Positions 19,832 to 31,317 of a stretch of 64,000 nt of DNA are shown in pieces. Origin of the DNA: a virus (taxonomy: Duplodnaviria; Caudoviricetes); IMG/VR virus record IMGVR_UViG_3300028549_001457, positions 64,001-128,000 of that record; one strand, written 5' to 3'. A program made the translations under genes and the position numbers. Under the pieces are notes generated by a model that made no database searches, had not been told where the DNA came from, and was given only the letters and a program-made list of their open reading frames with translations. Within the stretch, counting starts at the first letter, position 1. Each line of letters begins with the position of its first letter.

Positions 19832-22800
19832 ATGGTTAGATCCTTTGGCTCCAAGACATCGCGTGTTTTTGATTTAGATGCTAAATCCCTTCAACTGTTA
19901 GTCGCCCGATCCGGGAAGGCTATTACAGATGCTGAGGGAATTCTAATTCAAGATTTACAAGCACTTAAACTGAGTCAGTTCACTAACACACTAACCTTTT
20001 CAGGGTGTGTGGACCTTCCTCCTTTTAGGCTCCCAGATCCTGATGTCGATACTAGCATCACTTCAAATTTCCTGATAATTCCCCCTTTCAGAGCCCTTGT
20101 TAATAACGATCTTATTTATGTCCAGGGTACTAAAAATCCTCTAGCCCCACTGAGCCTCGATAACTACGTAGAGCTTCCTCCAGCGCCCTCCGCCTCTTAT
20201 GGAATCGTGGTTATTTACCTAGAAGCTTGGTACCAGGTTCTGGAAGAGCAGGCTTCTAATCTAAACCAGGGTTTCTATCCTAACAATAGCCCCACGTTTA
20301 ACCCCTCAACGGACGCTAGATACTTCTTCCCCTATGGTAATACTCTAGCGCATGTTAACTGGATTACTCAACCTAAATTTGCCGATGACCTCGTGGACCC
20401 CCTGGCTGGGGTTACAAGTGGTCGCGTTCAGCTTCAATATGCGTTAAGAGCTACTCAGGTCATTCCTCAACAGGGGGTGACACCCGAGGAAACCCTAAGT
20501 CTATCATTCACCCCTCACCTTAAAAATTTTGGGCTAACCCATCCAGGGGTTTTAGGGTGGACGTTTGTATCTCCTGACCCCTCTAAAAATCCTGGGTTCG
20601 TGTTCGCGGGGGATAAAGATCCAGGGTTATATACGTGTTCAAGTAACCAGCTTTGCAATCTCAGAACTGTTGACGGTAATACATATGCGATACCTCTGGC
20701 AATCATGTATCAAAGAAATTCGGGTATTTGGTCCCCTGTTGGGAACCCCCACGGAACGGATATTATTGGTATAGACCATGCCGGTGCGGTAGCTTCAGGA
20801 AAGAGTGGGCGTCCTGATGGTTTATTCTATGATAAGCCATCCCCCGATGATTTTGTTGACACACGCTCTACCTTCCTGGGGGGCTCTCTAGAAGACTACG
20901 CTTCCGTTATTAAACAGGCTTCTTGTAGGCTTTGGGAAGGGTCCCTTCGATTAAAATTGGCTGAGCCTCCTGTATCAGATACAAATGCTCATCAGTTAGG
21001 TCAAACTCTTCTAAGTCAAGAGTTACTAGGAACTACTATAACTTCACCCCTGGTCTTATCAGACTCACTTGCTCGTATATCTGCCAATTCCGAGCCACAT
21101 ACCTCATGGACTTCAGATCGCTCCCCAGACACTATCACCTATATGGTGTCCCCGTCTATGAAAGATCTTCTAAGCTCGGGTGTCCCCTCTAGCAATCTCC
21201 TAACATGGGATTCTGGGGACCGAGTCACAATTACGTATCCCAATACTACTGCGGTTATTGAAACTGTAACAATATACACATTTAATCAACAGGCTCAGAT
21301 TTTAAGGGTTCCACCCTCGTATATATCCGTAGATGGGTTAGGGTCCAACCAACTTCAGCTCAACTTTTTAGACATAGGCGTTGATCTTAGATTTAACCTA
21401 AGCAAGCCTATCTGGGTTGTTGTAGCCGTTAGAAGTGCTAATTCTTTTGAGCATCTAAGATATGTCCCCCAGACTGTCCATACCCCGCTATATTCCCACG
21501 GAGGGTCGCTACTACCTTGTGGGGCTGTTTCAGACTATTCAATGGTTCCACACGATTCTGTAGTTCCTGGGACAACTCTTAAACTACGTTCGTATAAGCG
21601 CAATTATGATCCAAATGCTTTTGGGACAGTTAGACTAGTTAAAGTCCCCTTATCCACTCTACATATTCCAGCTAGCGGAATTGGCCCCGTAGCCGCAGGG
21701 GTTCACCCTGTCATTGGATTCTCTGCCAGCTCTCAGCCTGTCAGCACTCCTGCCATCACTCTTTCTTGGGGCATTGAGAACGCTACCCGTGCTACATTAA
21801 AGAATGTTACTACAGGATTACCCATTGGGGAGGTCCCCACAACAGGGTCTATCAACATCCAAATTCTCCAGACTACGGACTTTTTGTTAACCGCTTATAA
21901 TGGTGATCTGGAATCATCTACCACATTAACCGTTACCCCATCAAGCGAGACTTCTGGGGGGTCTAGTCTATCGGGTCAAACTGTTTATACTAGCTATGTA
22001 GCTCCTGGGGGTCCACTTAACCCTGAAAATATCCAGACCCCCTACTCCATCGCATACCTTAACTTAGCCCCAGGTTTTGGGGACCCTCTTAAGCATGTTA
22101 TGGTGGGGTGTTTAAAGGCAACCTTATTCCAGACTAACTCTTTGGGGGAGACGCTCACAACAGACTTGCAGATTAGACATCAATACTTTAATAATGAGAC
22201 TTCAAACACTAGCCTTACAAATGCTGAAATAGGTGTTTTTGGGCAATGGGGCTCTTTTGATCTAGGCTACATTGAGTTTGAAATTCTCGTAGTGGGTGAG
22301 AAGACTTTTCACTATAACCCTACCGTGCAGGGGATTACATCGGTTACTTCTATAGTAGCCCCTTCCCAGAATGGGTACCTATTCTTTAGTGACCCAGCTA
22401 GCAGCGACTCTCAGAATTATTCATTTCAGTCATATCCTGAGTATGCGTTATCAGCTCTGAATATTGTTGTATCAGCCCCTGCAAATGACTGGACGCACAC
22501 GCAAACCATCCTGAATGATGATGGGACCACATCCCAGACCACTGTTACTCAGAAATTAAGTGGGGTTTTTGAGGGTGTCTTTGGGTTTGGGGGTCAGTCT
22601 TTCGTATTTGTTAAACTAGTTGATAACCCATTCTATCGAACGGTTCCATGCAACGTTCAGGGGTTGGGTACCCCTCTTCTTCATATAAACATCCCACAAA
22701 TAACCCTTCTTCAAGTTGAGGATGTCCTAGTTCTAGCACAAACTACGTCTCTCTTAACTCCTGACTCGACCACTTTGCTTAGTTATACATATGTCCCCTA

Positions 22801-24202
22801 CCAAGGGGAGGGAGATGCTGAGGATACTTACACCCTTACATACCTTAATGATCAGGCTCAGGTAACTACGTTTGGCACGGGTACTCAGGTGATTCCCGGT
22901 TTATTGAGCACTTCTTCTGTCAATCCTATGTTCCCTATAGCAAGCTCCCTACCAGCAGTAACTGGTTGGAAAGACTCTGATTTAACCTCGTCTAAGTTTG
23001 AGGTTTCGGGGTCCTATAGTGGCCTCGGAAACCCAGTATATTCCACAACTGATTTTCTTCAAACCACACCTGTTGCATCCATGTCGGGTAACCTAAAACA
23101 CTTATTAAATATATCCTCAGATAACACCCCAGCGTTATCTCCTAGATCTGAGGGTCTCAGAGGATTCACCAAAAATATTGTGTCTTTTGCATATGTTATT
23201 GATGAACCACAGGTGGTCCCCTCATACCGACAGTTAGATCTGTCCACAAGTAAAGATCTGGTATACTGGGTTGACGTCTTAACTGGAGACGATTCTAATT
23301 CTGGGTTGACCCGAGAAGCCCCTCGAAAATCTATTCAGTCTTTGATTAACTCTCTTCCCGCTGTAATTCATAACGCTATAACTATTAACGTTAACGGACT
23401 GACTACCATCTCAACAGATGTAATCCCATCTATTAATTTATCCTCCGTTACACCCTACGGGTCCCCTCGGAGCGGTCACGTATACTCTCTTTTGCATACG
23501 TCTTTTAATACGCAAGGGGATGGGGTAGTTATTATTCAGAAGGACCCCACCACCAATACCAGCGCTTCTATTGTTATTCCAGAGGGTACTCCCTTTGTGG
23601 ATTACCCCATTTATGGTTGGCTACATACAAATGGGAATCTGGTTATTAAAGGTTTTTCTAATACCTCCGTGGATTCTATTATTCTAGCCGCTTACCCCGG
23701 AACAACCGTCTCTATAGAAGAGTGTGCATTTGATGGGGGTGAAATTCAGATCCTAAGTTATGGTGCTAATGTTTCAGTTGCCTCATCTAGCCTCAGTAAC
23801 CCTACTAAACATGCTATTCTAGCTACTTCAGGGGGTTCTGTAACGTTGGGTGAAAAAATGGTTGTTAATAAATCTTCTTCACTATGGGATGGGACTCATT
23901 ATGAGTTCTTCGTGGCTGAAAAAAATTCATCTATTATATTCACCCAGCAGTTCAGTGCTCAGAGTTTCCCCACTTATTCTTCGTCGGAACAACCGGGTAC
24001 TTTCCAAGAGTTTCTAGTTAAGCAATACTCAGTGTTAGACACCAGCGCCATTCCAGGGTTTTCTTTCTATTATAATAGAGAGACCGTTAAGCTTTTAAGT
24101 TTTTCAAATTTAATTTACAAAGGTCTACCCTGGTTTGCCCCTTCTGAGACTAGCGGTGTCCTTCCGAGTGATGGCACTACTCTTTACTCTCGTATAACCT
24201 GA
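19832..24202 (+). CDS. Large tail fibre/baseplate protein with C-terminal parallel beta-helix (pectin-lyase-like) domain
   Basis: ATG 19832 follows RBS GGAGAGG (track start 19814). Contains a GRPDGLFYD motif, then YWVDVLTGDDSNSG...P.KSIQ (from 23264) followed by beta-helix-like repeats. Confidence 0.6.
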   Translation: MVRSFGSKTSRVFDLDAKSLQLLVARSGKAITDAEGILIQDLQALKLSQFTNTLTFSGCVDLPPFRLPDPDVDTSITSNFLIIPPFRALVNNDLIYVQGTKNPLAPLSLDNYVELPPAPSASYGIVVIYLEAWYQVLEEQASNLNQGFYPNNSPTFNPSTDARYFFPYGNTLAHVNWITQPKFADDLVDPLAGVTSGRVQLQYALRATQVIPQQGVTPEETLSLSFTPHLKNFGLTHPGVLGWTFVSPDPSKNPGFVFAGDKDPGLYTCSSNQLCNLRTVDGNTYAIPLAIMYQRNSGIWSPVGNPHGTDIIGIDHAGAVASGKSGRPDGLFYDKPSPDDFVDTRSTFLGGSLEDYASVIKQASCRLWEGSLRLKLAEPPVSDTNAHQLGQTLLSQELLGTTITSPLVLSDSLARISANSEPHTSWTSDRSPDTITYMVSPSMKDLLSSGVPSSNLLTWDSGDRVTITYPNTTAVIETVTIYTFNQQAQILRVPPSYISVDGLGSNQLQLNFLDIGVDLRFNLSKPIWVVVAVRSANSFEHLRYVPQTVHTPLYSHGGSLLPCGAVSDYSMVPHDSVVPGTTLKLRSYKRNYDPNAFGTVRLVKVPLSTLHIPASGIGPVAAGVHPVIGFSASSQPVSTPAITLSWGIENATRATLKNVTTGLPIGEVPTTGSINIQILQTTDFLLTAYNGDLESSTTLTVTPSSETSGGSSLSGQTVYTSYVAPGGPLNPENIQTPYSIAYLNLAPGFGDPLKHVMVGCLKATLFQTNSLGETLTTDLQIRHQYFNNETSNTSLTNAEIGVFGQWGSFDLGYIEFEILVVGEKTFHYNPTVQGITSVTSIVAPSQNGYLFFSDPASSDSQNYSFQSYPEYALSALNIVVSAPANDWTHTQTILNDDGTTSQTTVTQKLSGVFEGVFGFGGQSFVFVKLVDNPFYRTVPCNVQGLGTPLLHINIPQITLLQVEDVLVLAQTTSLLTPDSTTLLSYTYVPYQGEGDAEDTYTLTYLNDQAQVTTFGTGTQVIPGLLSTSSVNPMFPIASSLPAVTGWKDSDLTSSKFEVSGSYSGLGNPVYSTTDFLQTTPVASMSGNLKHLLNISSDNTPALSPRSEGLRGFTKNIVSFAYVIDEPQVVPSYRQLDLSTSKDLVYWVDVLTGDDSNSGLTREAPRKSIQSLINSLPAVIHNAITINVNGLTTISTDVIPSINLSSVTPYGSPRSGHVYSLLHTSFNTQGDGVVIIQKDPTTNTSASIVIPEGTPFVDYPIYGWLHTNGNLVIKGFSNTSVDSIILAAYPGTTVSIEECAFDGGEIQILSYGANVSVASSSLSNPTKHAILATSGGSVTLGEKMVVNKSSSLWDGTHYEFFVAEKNSSIIFTQQFSAQSFPTYSSSEQPGTFQEFLVKQYSVLDTSAIPGFSFYYNRETVKLLSFSNLIYKGLPWFAPSETSGVLPSDGTTLYSRIT

Positions 24203-24209
24203 GGTCCCT

Positions 24210-27200
24210 GTGGCAACTAAATTACCGTCAGTATCCGCTCAGTTTGAGATTATGCCACAAGGCACCCTCAATATAACCTTGGTGCGCGTTGCCCCCTCGG
24301 GTGGGGTGTTAACCTCAATTTCTTCATATAGGATTAGACTTTCTAAACCCAAATCCACCGGAAGTGGCGTGGATACTCTTCAGTTCACGTTAACCCCCTC
24401 GTCTACCGTAGAAACGACAATCCAGCAACAAAAATCCTGGGAAAGTATTTTAACAGGGTCAACCATTCCAGCAGATAGTGTTGCAGGATGGGTTGCAGAT
24501 TCCTACCAAGCCACGGGCTTATCCGCTAATATCCAGGCCGTTTCCGGCGACCCCGCCAACTTTATTGACTCTGATTGGTGGGGGTCTGATCGTGTATTCC
24601 CCCCAGTCTTTAATATCATTTTGTCCAGGCCAACCCTTCAAGTAGGGGATACCGCTATTTTCAGTCTTCCAGTTGGGTATACTGGGGAACAGCTTAGTCG
24701 TGTTAGGTTCTTTCCAGATTTATCTGATATGTCTGCTGCAACTGAGTGGAAATCCTACATCCCTGAGATTGAGTTCGAGTATGTGTATAGATTCTCTGGG
24801 AGTGCTCAAGTATTACTCACTGTTGCTTCAGATAACCATTCTGCTAGTCAGGGGTCATCATTTCTCCTTAGAACGGCCTCATCAACCTTAACCATTAACT
24901 CGGCACCTATCTACTCTCAAACAGGTTTTAATTCCTGGTTAGGCGTGGGGGATTCCACTGGTTTTTCCTTTACAGATACGTCTACCAATTATACCCCTGG
25001 AAACTTTGCGGTAATACTCTCGGGGGCTGCTATTTCTACTAGAAATAGAGAACTCAAAATGTTCCTAGCAACGTCTAGAACAGCGGATGCTAATACCTAC
25101 TACCAGACGTTAGCTTGGGACCTTTACCCGGTCCCTGGCCGCTATAAAATACCCTCATTTAACCCCAATGTAAACTTAACTTTTGATGCTACTAGGGCAT
25201 ACACAGATGCTTCTCTATATGCCCCTCTCAAGTTAACCAGTATGTTGTTATCTAAACTTCAGGTTGGGTATCACTATGACATAGCATTAGACACAACTGG
25301 TGGTCTAAAACCCTACGCATATTATGCAGTTGACCTACCTCCAGGATTAGTCTGCACTGCACAGGGGAGGCTCGTAGGGTCCCCTCTTCGCAGTGGGTTG
25401 TATCAGTCTTCGGTTTCCGTTATGGATTCTGAGGTCCCGCCTCAAATTGATGTTAAGACTCTAAACTTATACGTAGAAACCGACCTCAGCATTAATGATG
25501 TTCCTTTTCAATACTACGCTATCGGGGATTCTATCTCTACGGTTATTACCGCTACGGGAGGGGTTCCACCCTATAAATGGCAGATTAACGAAGGGGGTCA
25601 GGACCTTGCTGACTTTGGGCTAACATTTACCCCTGATCTCACTCAGTCTCAGATTAGTGGTGAACCCTTTGATCACGGGACCCATCACATCCCCTACAAG
25701 TTTCCAGTAACTATTCAGGCTGAGGACGCCGTAGGTAGTCTAGCCACAGTTACTTTTCAGTGTGGGGTGTTCCCTCCAGCTCTTAAGTTGGCTAAGAAAC
25801 GTCTAGATGAATTCTTTGATGGTGAGTATTGCAATCAAAGGATCTATGCAACGGGTGGGGACACTATCCACTATAACTGGAGTCTGCAATACCTAGATGG
25901 GCCTAGGGACCCTTTGGATGCAACCCGCATCCTGACCCCGCCAACTGGCCTCATTACACTAACACCTACCGGGTCTATTGGTGCTCCGAATATTGCCATT
26001 CTAAGTTATGACCCATCTGCTGTTGTTCGAGGTTCTTCTGGTGATGGTCTACCTGAAGCCTTCTACAAAATTCGGATAACCGTTCAATCTGGGGAAGCAG
26101 GCTACATTGAGACTGATTACCAAGATTTAGATTTAATTATATCTCCTTCTTTATCTACTGTTGTTATCTCTAATGATGCCCAGCTCCCTATAGCGTATCC
26201 CGGCAGATCGTGGAGTCAGCAACTCAACACGTTTACCCCTGATTCGTCTGTTGCTGTTGGGCTCCGATCTCCTTTAAAGTTCTTTGCAATGTCTCCTACC
26301 TCTGATTTGGGGCTACCATCCTGCATTACGCTCTCTCCTGAGGGGCTCTTAATGGAGAACCCCTACGAGCCCATCACCCCCAATTTAAACCGTTGGTTTA
26401 GAATATTTTTACAGGCAGGAAGATCCCAATATTTTAAGGATTTCCACTTTCAGTCTGCGGATGTCTCCACGGGCTTTTCTATACATGTGGCAGAAGCATA
26501 CCCCTTCCAGGATTCTAATGTTGTTGCAATTGCTCAACAATACCAAACTCTATGTCTTCAAAACAATGATAAGTGTATAGCATTTCAACTTTTAAATGCT
26601 TCAACTGGCCGCGTGGTCAATGACGTCGCCACATTCTCACTTGAAGGGTCTCTCCCGGCAGGGCTCTCATTTTCTTCTCAAGGGTTTATTTACGGAATCC
26701 CCACTGAAAAGGGGTCTTTTACGTTTACGGTTTCTGGCAGTGCAGGGGCGGTAAGTGCTTCCTATGCAGCCAGTATTCTTGTTAACCCTGCGGCAGCCTA
26801 TGCTACGGATTTAACCCACGATTTACGATTTGCTTTGAATAGTCAGCCATCAACTAGTCTTACTAGAGTTCTTATTGAACACTGGGCTGCAAACACTCTC
26901 CCTGAGTATGATCCTAATACTTCTATTCTGGGTCCCTTTCCAACCAGTCCAGTTGATTCGTATGCCTATGGGGATACTGTTCAGGTTGAAGTCTTCGTAG
27001 ATGACCCAGATAGGCCTCTCGTTGATTTCCCTATAGATCCGCTACATTCGGATGCTGATTACGATTCCAATGCTGTTGAATCGTGGTCCTACCTATGGGA
27101 CTTTGGGGGGCTCCCCACCGAGTCTTTCCCAGATGCGTCTGGCGGTGTGACTCAGATAAACCAGGATTACACGAGTAAAACGCCTGTTCTAAACATGCTC

Positions 27201-27413
27201 AATAACTCTAGGGCGGGACAAACCTACACGGTATCTGTGGTAGCTACCGATCTTCTAGGTATGGCGTCTGATGCTTCTGTAGTTACTTTTAACGTAGACA
27301 CATCTTGGATGAAGACCTCTTCATACACATTTGATACGACAGGCGTTCACGCACCAGATGAATCCCTTACTGATGGCGATGGGTCAACACACATTGACTT
27401 GATAGGTAGCTAA
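24210..27413 (+). CDS. Virion protein with multiple putative Ig (He_PIG-like) repeats
   Basis: Repeats TTGGLKPYAY..DLPPGL...GRLVGSP, ATGGVPPYKW, GSLPAGLSFSSQGFIYGIPTEKGSFTFTV. Confidence 0.7.
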   Translation: MATKLPSVSAQFEIMPQGTLNITLVRVAPSGGVLTSISSYRIRLSKPKSTGSGVDTLQFTLTPSSTVETTIQQQKSWESILTGSTIPADSVAGWVADSYQATGLSANIQAVSGDPANFIDSDWWGSDRVFPPVFNIILSRPTLQVGDTAIFSLPVGYTGEQLSRVRFFPDLSDMSAATEWKSYIPEIEFEYVYRFSGSAQVLLTVASDNHSASQGSSFLLRTASSTLTINSAPIYSQTGFNSWLGVGDSTGFSFTDTSTNYTPGNFAVILSGAAISTRNRELKMFLATSRTADANTYYQTLAWDLYPVPGRYKIPSFNPNVNLTFDATRAYTDASLYAPLKLTSMLLSKLQVGYHYDIALDTTGGLKPYAYYAVDLPPGLVCTAQGRLVGSPLRSGLYQSSVSVMDSEVPPQIDVKTLNLYVETDLSINDVPFQYYAIGDSISTVITATGGVPPYKWQINEGGQDLADFGLTFTPDLTQSQISGEPFDHGTHHIPYKFPVTIQAEDAVGSLATVTFQCGVFPPALKLAKKRLDEFFDGEYCNQRIYATGGDTIHYNWSLQYLDGPRDPLDATRILTPPTGLITLTPTGSIGAPNIAILSYDPSAVVRGSSGDGLPEAFYKIRITVQSGEAGYIETDYQDLDLIISPSLSTVVISNDAQLPIAYPGRSWSQQLNTFTPDSSVAVGLRSPLKFFAMSPTSDLGLPSCITLSPEGLLMENPYEPITPNLNRWFRIFLQAGRSQYFKDFHFQSADVSTGFSIHVAEAYPFQDSNVVAIAQQYQTLCLQNNDKCIAFQLLNASTGRVVNDVATFSLEGSLPAGLSFSSQGFIYGIPTEKGSFTFTVSGSAGAVSASYAASILVNPAAAYATDLTHDLRFALNSQPSTSLTRVLIEHWAANTLPEYDPNTSILGPFPTSPVDSYAYGDTVQVEVFVDDPDRPLVDFPIDPLHSDADYDSNAVESWSYLWDFGGLPTESFPDASGGVTQINQDYTSKTPVLNMLNNSRAGQTYTVSVVATDLLGMASDASVVTFNVDTSWMKTSSYTFDTTGVHAPDESLTDGDGSTHIDLIGS

Positions 27414-27416
27414 CCA

Positions 27417-30400
27417 ATGGCAACTGTAGCGACTACTCCGGATGGGTCCAAATACATCATCATGGACCTTACAACAAAATCAAGAAGCTACCTATGGGTT
27501 AACTCAAGGCTAGCACTAGCCTCCGGGTTCTCATGGGGGTCTTCAAACCCCACATATACATTTAGCACCGCTCCCTTACCTCAAGTGCAGTTTGACTCGT
27601 ACCTTACCCCCATTTTTGCTAATTTGGACCTTACCACAGTCTCTGATGGCGGTTCCCAGGTAATCACAACGTCATTTGCATCTGAAACTGGGTTTGCTCC
27701 CGCAGGGGTCGCTAGGACAATTCTCTCAGTAGACACCTCTACAGGGACCCCTATATACATCCCCTACCATCAAGTATCTGTAAATGATTGGAATAAGGCT
27801 AGAACATTAAACCATAACTTTGAACCCCCTCCAACTTCCGTTCCTGAGGATGGCGAATTAGTGTATTCTGATGAGCTTGAGGGAGCTGGGCACCGAGGGG
27901 ATAAAAGTGGTGATGAAGTTTTTGAGATTCCAATTATTAGATATAATGAGGACTTGTCTGGTAATCTAAACCAGCTTCCGGTTGGTTTAGATGTTGTTAA
28001 ACACGCAGATGAGCGGTGGTTTGTTGAAGGGGACCCCTCCCATATTACTGCAACTTCGGTAGTCGTTAAACAAACGCAATCTAATCCTGTTTCTGGTCTC
28101 ACTAGAAGCCACTGGAGAAGACTCTCTTTTTCTGCGGTTGCTGAATTTGCGGTTGCCTCTGCTGTTGGAACATTGGAACTTCCCACAAAGTTGTTCTTCA
28201 ACGCTGATGCAAACCAGACGCTTCCAACGGAAAGCCTCCCGTCTGTTTACGGGATGGATCAAACTACCAACCCAAATGGGGCCTCTAACTATATTTCCAT
28301 ATTAGGCGGTACCGCTCCCTACACGTTTACCGTCAAGTCTATTACATGCTTTAACGCCCTAGGGGGTGCGGTCCCCATAGGAAGCAATCCACCTATAGTA
28401 TCCCCTGGTCTTTCCGGAGAGGGTTTACCTCAGTTTCATATCGGGTTTACGGATGATTACCTAGGAACTCCGGTACCTTTGTATCAGGGGCAGGTCCTGG
28501 GTGGGACGTATCCCGATATCAATTCAACTACGGGTAGTGGGTGGTCCTTTGTCATGCAAAGCAATCGCTGCTATGTTAAGAGCATACCCCAGATAACCCA
28601 GGGGTCGTTTAATGTAGGTTCTTTCTCCCTGCTCCCATTAACAATTAAACTGGGGGTATCCGTTGTAGACTCTAACGGACTTGCAGCTACAGGCCCCTCA
28701 GGTGAAGTGGGTGATCTTGAGTTCAGCATCCCTCTAAGGTTAGCCCCAGGAGTTCCTCAGATTGTAAATCCTCAAACGGTGCTCCCCACCGGGTCTATTT
28801 ATAATATGTCGATGGGCTACTCCTCTTCGTCCTCTACTCTTCATGGGTATCCCTTTGATCAAATAAATGCTGCAGGATTGTTTAAAACTGACGTTACGTG
28901 GTGGAGGCCTAGTATAACACCCATATGGAGAGGCGTCTGGGCCTCCTCCGCGCTATACCACCTAGGAGATGCGGTAACGTTTTCAGGAGGCTCCTACAAG
29001 GCTATTGCGGACTCTACGGGGGTTTCCCCGGATACCTCCGGGAATACTGTGTGGACCCCTCTAGGGTCAGATCCTCAGTATTCCTTTACACTAATGTGTA
29101 AAGAGGGTCTTCCTCAGGGTGGTCCGGTTGGCCCCATTCTGTTTGAAAGGTTCCCTACATACGTGGATCCATCTAACCCAAGTTACTACGATTATATACA
29201 AGTTTCCCGCAAGCTCAGTCAATTCCTGGTTGCGGGGTCCTTGGGGATAAGCGGACCCTCAGTTCATAGCCAAGTATTTGCGGTGGGGTCCCCCGTGAGC
29301 CTTTCCTTTCAGGTTTCTGGAGGAACCCCTCCATATACCTGGATCTCTGACATTAACTCATTGGGAATGACTGGTCTTCAAGGTGCTGCTTCAAGTTTAG
29401 GAAATGAGTTTTTAATTTATGGAAGTCGTGTTGCAGGTTCTCTAGAGGTCTTCCCCCAGACTAAGTCCGTAAGTATTACCGTGAAGGACTCCAGTACACC
29501 TTTCCAGCTTTCATCCTCGACGTCTATTCTCCTCACTTTTACGTCTCCTAGTAGCTTTTCTGTATTTACAGAGCCTTTTCTAGCTTCCGACTTTAAGTTT
29601 TACAGTTCTCATAACTCTTCTGTGGATCTACTTACTTCGAGAGCTTCATTTCCATGGACTAATTTTGCCGCAACGGGTTATGATTATGTAAATGATTTTT
29701 CAGATGGTCTTATCCCAGGTGGTGCCCAGATTGGGTATGTTTCTGGGGTTGACTCTGCATATACGGTAGAGTGTGTTAACCTCAACCCGAATTTATGGAG
29801 TAGTTTCAGGTATCAACTTCCCATGGGGTTATGCTTTGGAGTTAAAGCTAAATCTAATGGTGGATATAGCCCCTACCAATACTATCAGATTAAGGACATG
29901 CTGCCTGGGTCTGGGGAGAGCCTCGTTCAATATTCAGGGATTTCTGGTGAGCCCGTTCCAACTCAACAAGATAATAGTTTGTGTATCCTGGACTCTAACA
30001 ATAAGCCTAAGGGATTTCGTTTCAGCCTTCAAATAAAGGCTGGAGATATCCTCGTTGGAGCTATGAATAGACTAGGCTCCGCTACGGATCAGTTCTGGGA
30101 ACTGGGGTATATGGCCCCCCATTTTGAACTTCAGACTGGCCTAGCTACGAACCCGCCACTAGACGCTGATGCCGCTCTATCTATTGATGATGTATCTGGG
30201 AAGGGTTGTGATCTAACTAAATACTCAGCGTTTGTCTCTCGCTTAGACTCCGAGTATAACACAGGGGCGTTTGGAGTTTCAGAAGATCCTATTATTAGAT
30301 CTCATGCGTCTCCAGAAATTGGAGCATACTCTGACACGCTACAAATGACTATTAAGAAAGATGGGTATAACAGCGTAGTGGATGCTAAGCTACTGCCCAT

Positions 30401-31304
30401 CCATGAGGATTTCACCGCAAAGTTCTGGACAGCCGCTGCAGATATGTGGGGAAACCCAAGCTATTATTGGCTAGGGTCTACAAGTAAGTTTAAGACAAAC
30501 ATAGATCCATTTTCTAAGACTATGTTCTTTGGATTTACCGAGTGTGACCGTATCTTAAAGACGGGGGCATTCCCTTCTCGGACGTCCCCGCTTTTCCCCC
30601 TCATCCAAAGTTCGTTTGTTAATTTCCATCTAACAAACGCGGATGGGACTAGTCATTCTAGGAATCTAGAGCTACACCAGAACCCCCTGTTTATAACCTC
30701 TCTTGAAAGCTATTTTAAGCTTCTTACTGGAAATATGTCCGAGTTAGATGGTTGGCGAGGAGGCACACTAAATCTGTATATGGATTACGATACTACTACG
30801 GGTAAGCCTGGGCCACTTATGGACCCTGCTCCGTATAAGTATTTTAAGGGACCCTCCGTTTCTGGTAGTAAAACCCCTGGCTCGGGTTCAAGCATCTCAC
30901 ACCCAACCTTAACCGAAATAGATAGGGGGTATCGTGTAGTCATGTCCATGGATTCCCTTGGGTTGTGGACTTACCTGAACTCTAGTCAGGTTGGCGTTAT
31001 CTCGGGTCAGTCTACCTCTCAAGGGGCTCCCCTAGCTGCAGGGACTCGGCTCCATATTGTGTGGATGTTTCTACTCACTCGGCCAAATATCCTATTAGGT
31101 GACTCGGATGCTCAGACACATCTAGATCTTGATATGTTGTCAAAGGCTACTGGGTTAACCACTGCTGAACTTTCAGCCAAGTATCTAAGAGGTAAATCTT
31201 TTACAAGGGTTCCCTTGCATCTTGTAATTGAAAACGGAGTTTCCACGCTGCTGCAACCGCCGCTCATTCCTACAGGACCCTCTGTTCTTTTCTCCGCCCA
31301 ATAA
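27417..31304 (+). CDS. Virion protein with Ig-like repeats and a CBM5/12-like carbohydrate-binding module
   Basis: GGTAPYTF, SGGTPPYTW, and WRGVWASSALYHLGDAVTFSGGSYKA...P......W (from 28926). Confidence 0.65.
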   Translation: MATVATTPDGSKYIIMDLTTKSRSYLWVNSRLALASGFSWGSSNPTYTFSTAPLPQVQFDSYLTPIFANLDLTTVSDGGSQVITTSFASETGFAPAGVARTILSVDTSTGTPIYIPYHQVSVNDWNKARTLNHNFEPPPTSVPEDGELVYSDELEGAGHRGDKSGDEVFEIPIIRYNEDLSGNLNQLPVGLDVVKHADERWFVEGDPSHITATSVVVKQTQSNPVSGLTRSHWRRLSFSAVAEFAVASAVGTLELPTKLFFNADANQTLPTESLPSVYGMDQTTNPNGASNYISILGGTAPYTFTVKSITCFNALGGAVPIGSNPPIVSPGLSGEGLPQFHIGFTDDYLGTPVPLYQGQVLGGTYPDINSTTGSGWSFVMQSNRCYVKSIPQITQGSFNVGSFSLLPLTIKLGVSVVDSNGLAATGPSGEVGDLEFSIPLRLAPGVPQIVNPQTVLPTGSIYNMSMGYSSSSSTLHGYPFDQINAAGLFKTDVTWWRPSITPIWRGVWASSALYHLGDAVTFSGGSYKAIADSTGVSPDTSGNTVWTPLGSDPQYSFTLMCKEGLPQGGPVGPILFERFPTYVDPSNPSYYDYIQVSRKLSQFLVAGSLGISGPSVHSQVFAVGSPVSLSFQVSGGTPPYTWISDINSLGMTGLQGAASSLGNEFLIYGSRVAGSLEVFPQTKSVSITVKDSSTPFQLSSSTSILLTFTSPSSFSVFTEPFLASDFKFYSSHNSSVDLLTSRASFPWTNFAATGYDYVNDFSDGLIPGGAQIGYVSGVDSAYTVECVNLNPNLWSSFRYQLPMGLCFGVKAKSNGGYSPYQYYQIKDMLPGSGESLVQYSGISGEPVPTQQDNSLCILDSNNKPKGFRFSLQIKAGDILVGAMNRLGSATDQFWELGYMAPHFELQTGLATNPPLDADAALSIDDVSGKGCDLTKYSAFVSRLDSEYNTGAFGVSEDPIIRSHASPEIGAYSDTLQMTIKKDGYNSVVDAKLLPIHEDFTAKFWTAAADMWGNPSYYWLGSTSKFKTNIDPFSKTMFFGFTECDRILKTGAFPSRTSPLFPLIQSSFVNFHLTNADGTSHSRNLELHQNPLFITSLESYFKLLTGNMSELDGWRGGTLNLYMDYDTTTGKPGPLMDPAPYKYFKGPSVSGSKTPGSGSSISHPTLTEIDRGYRVVMSMDSLGLWTYLNSSQVGVISGQSTSQGAPLAAGTRLHIVWMFLLTRPNILLGDSDAQTHLDLDMLSKATGLTTAELSAKYLRGKSFTRVPLHLVIENGVSTLLQPPLIPTGPSVLFSAQ

Positions 31305-31317
31305 CTTCTTTTGTATT

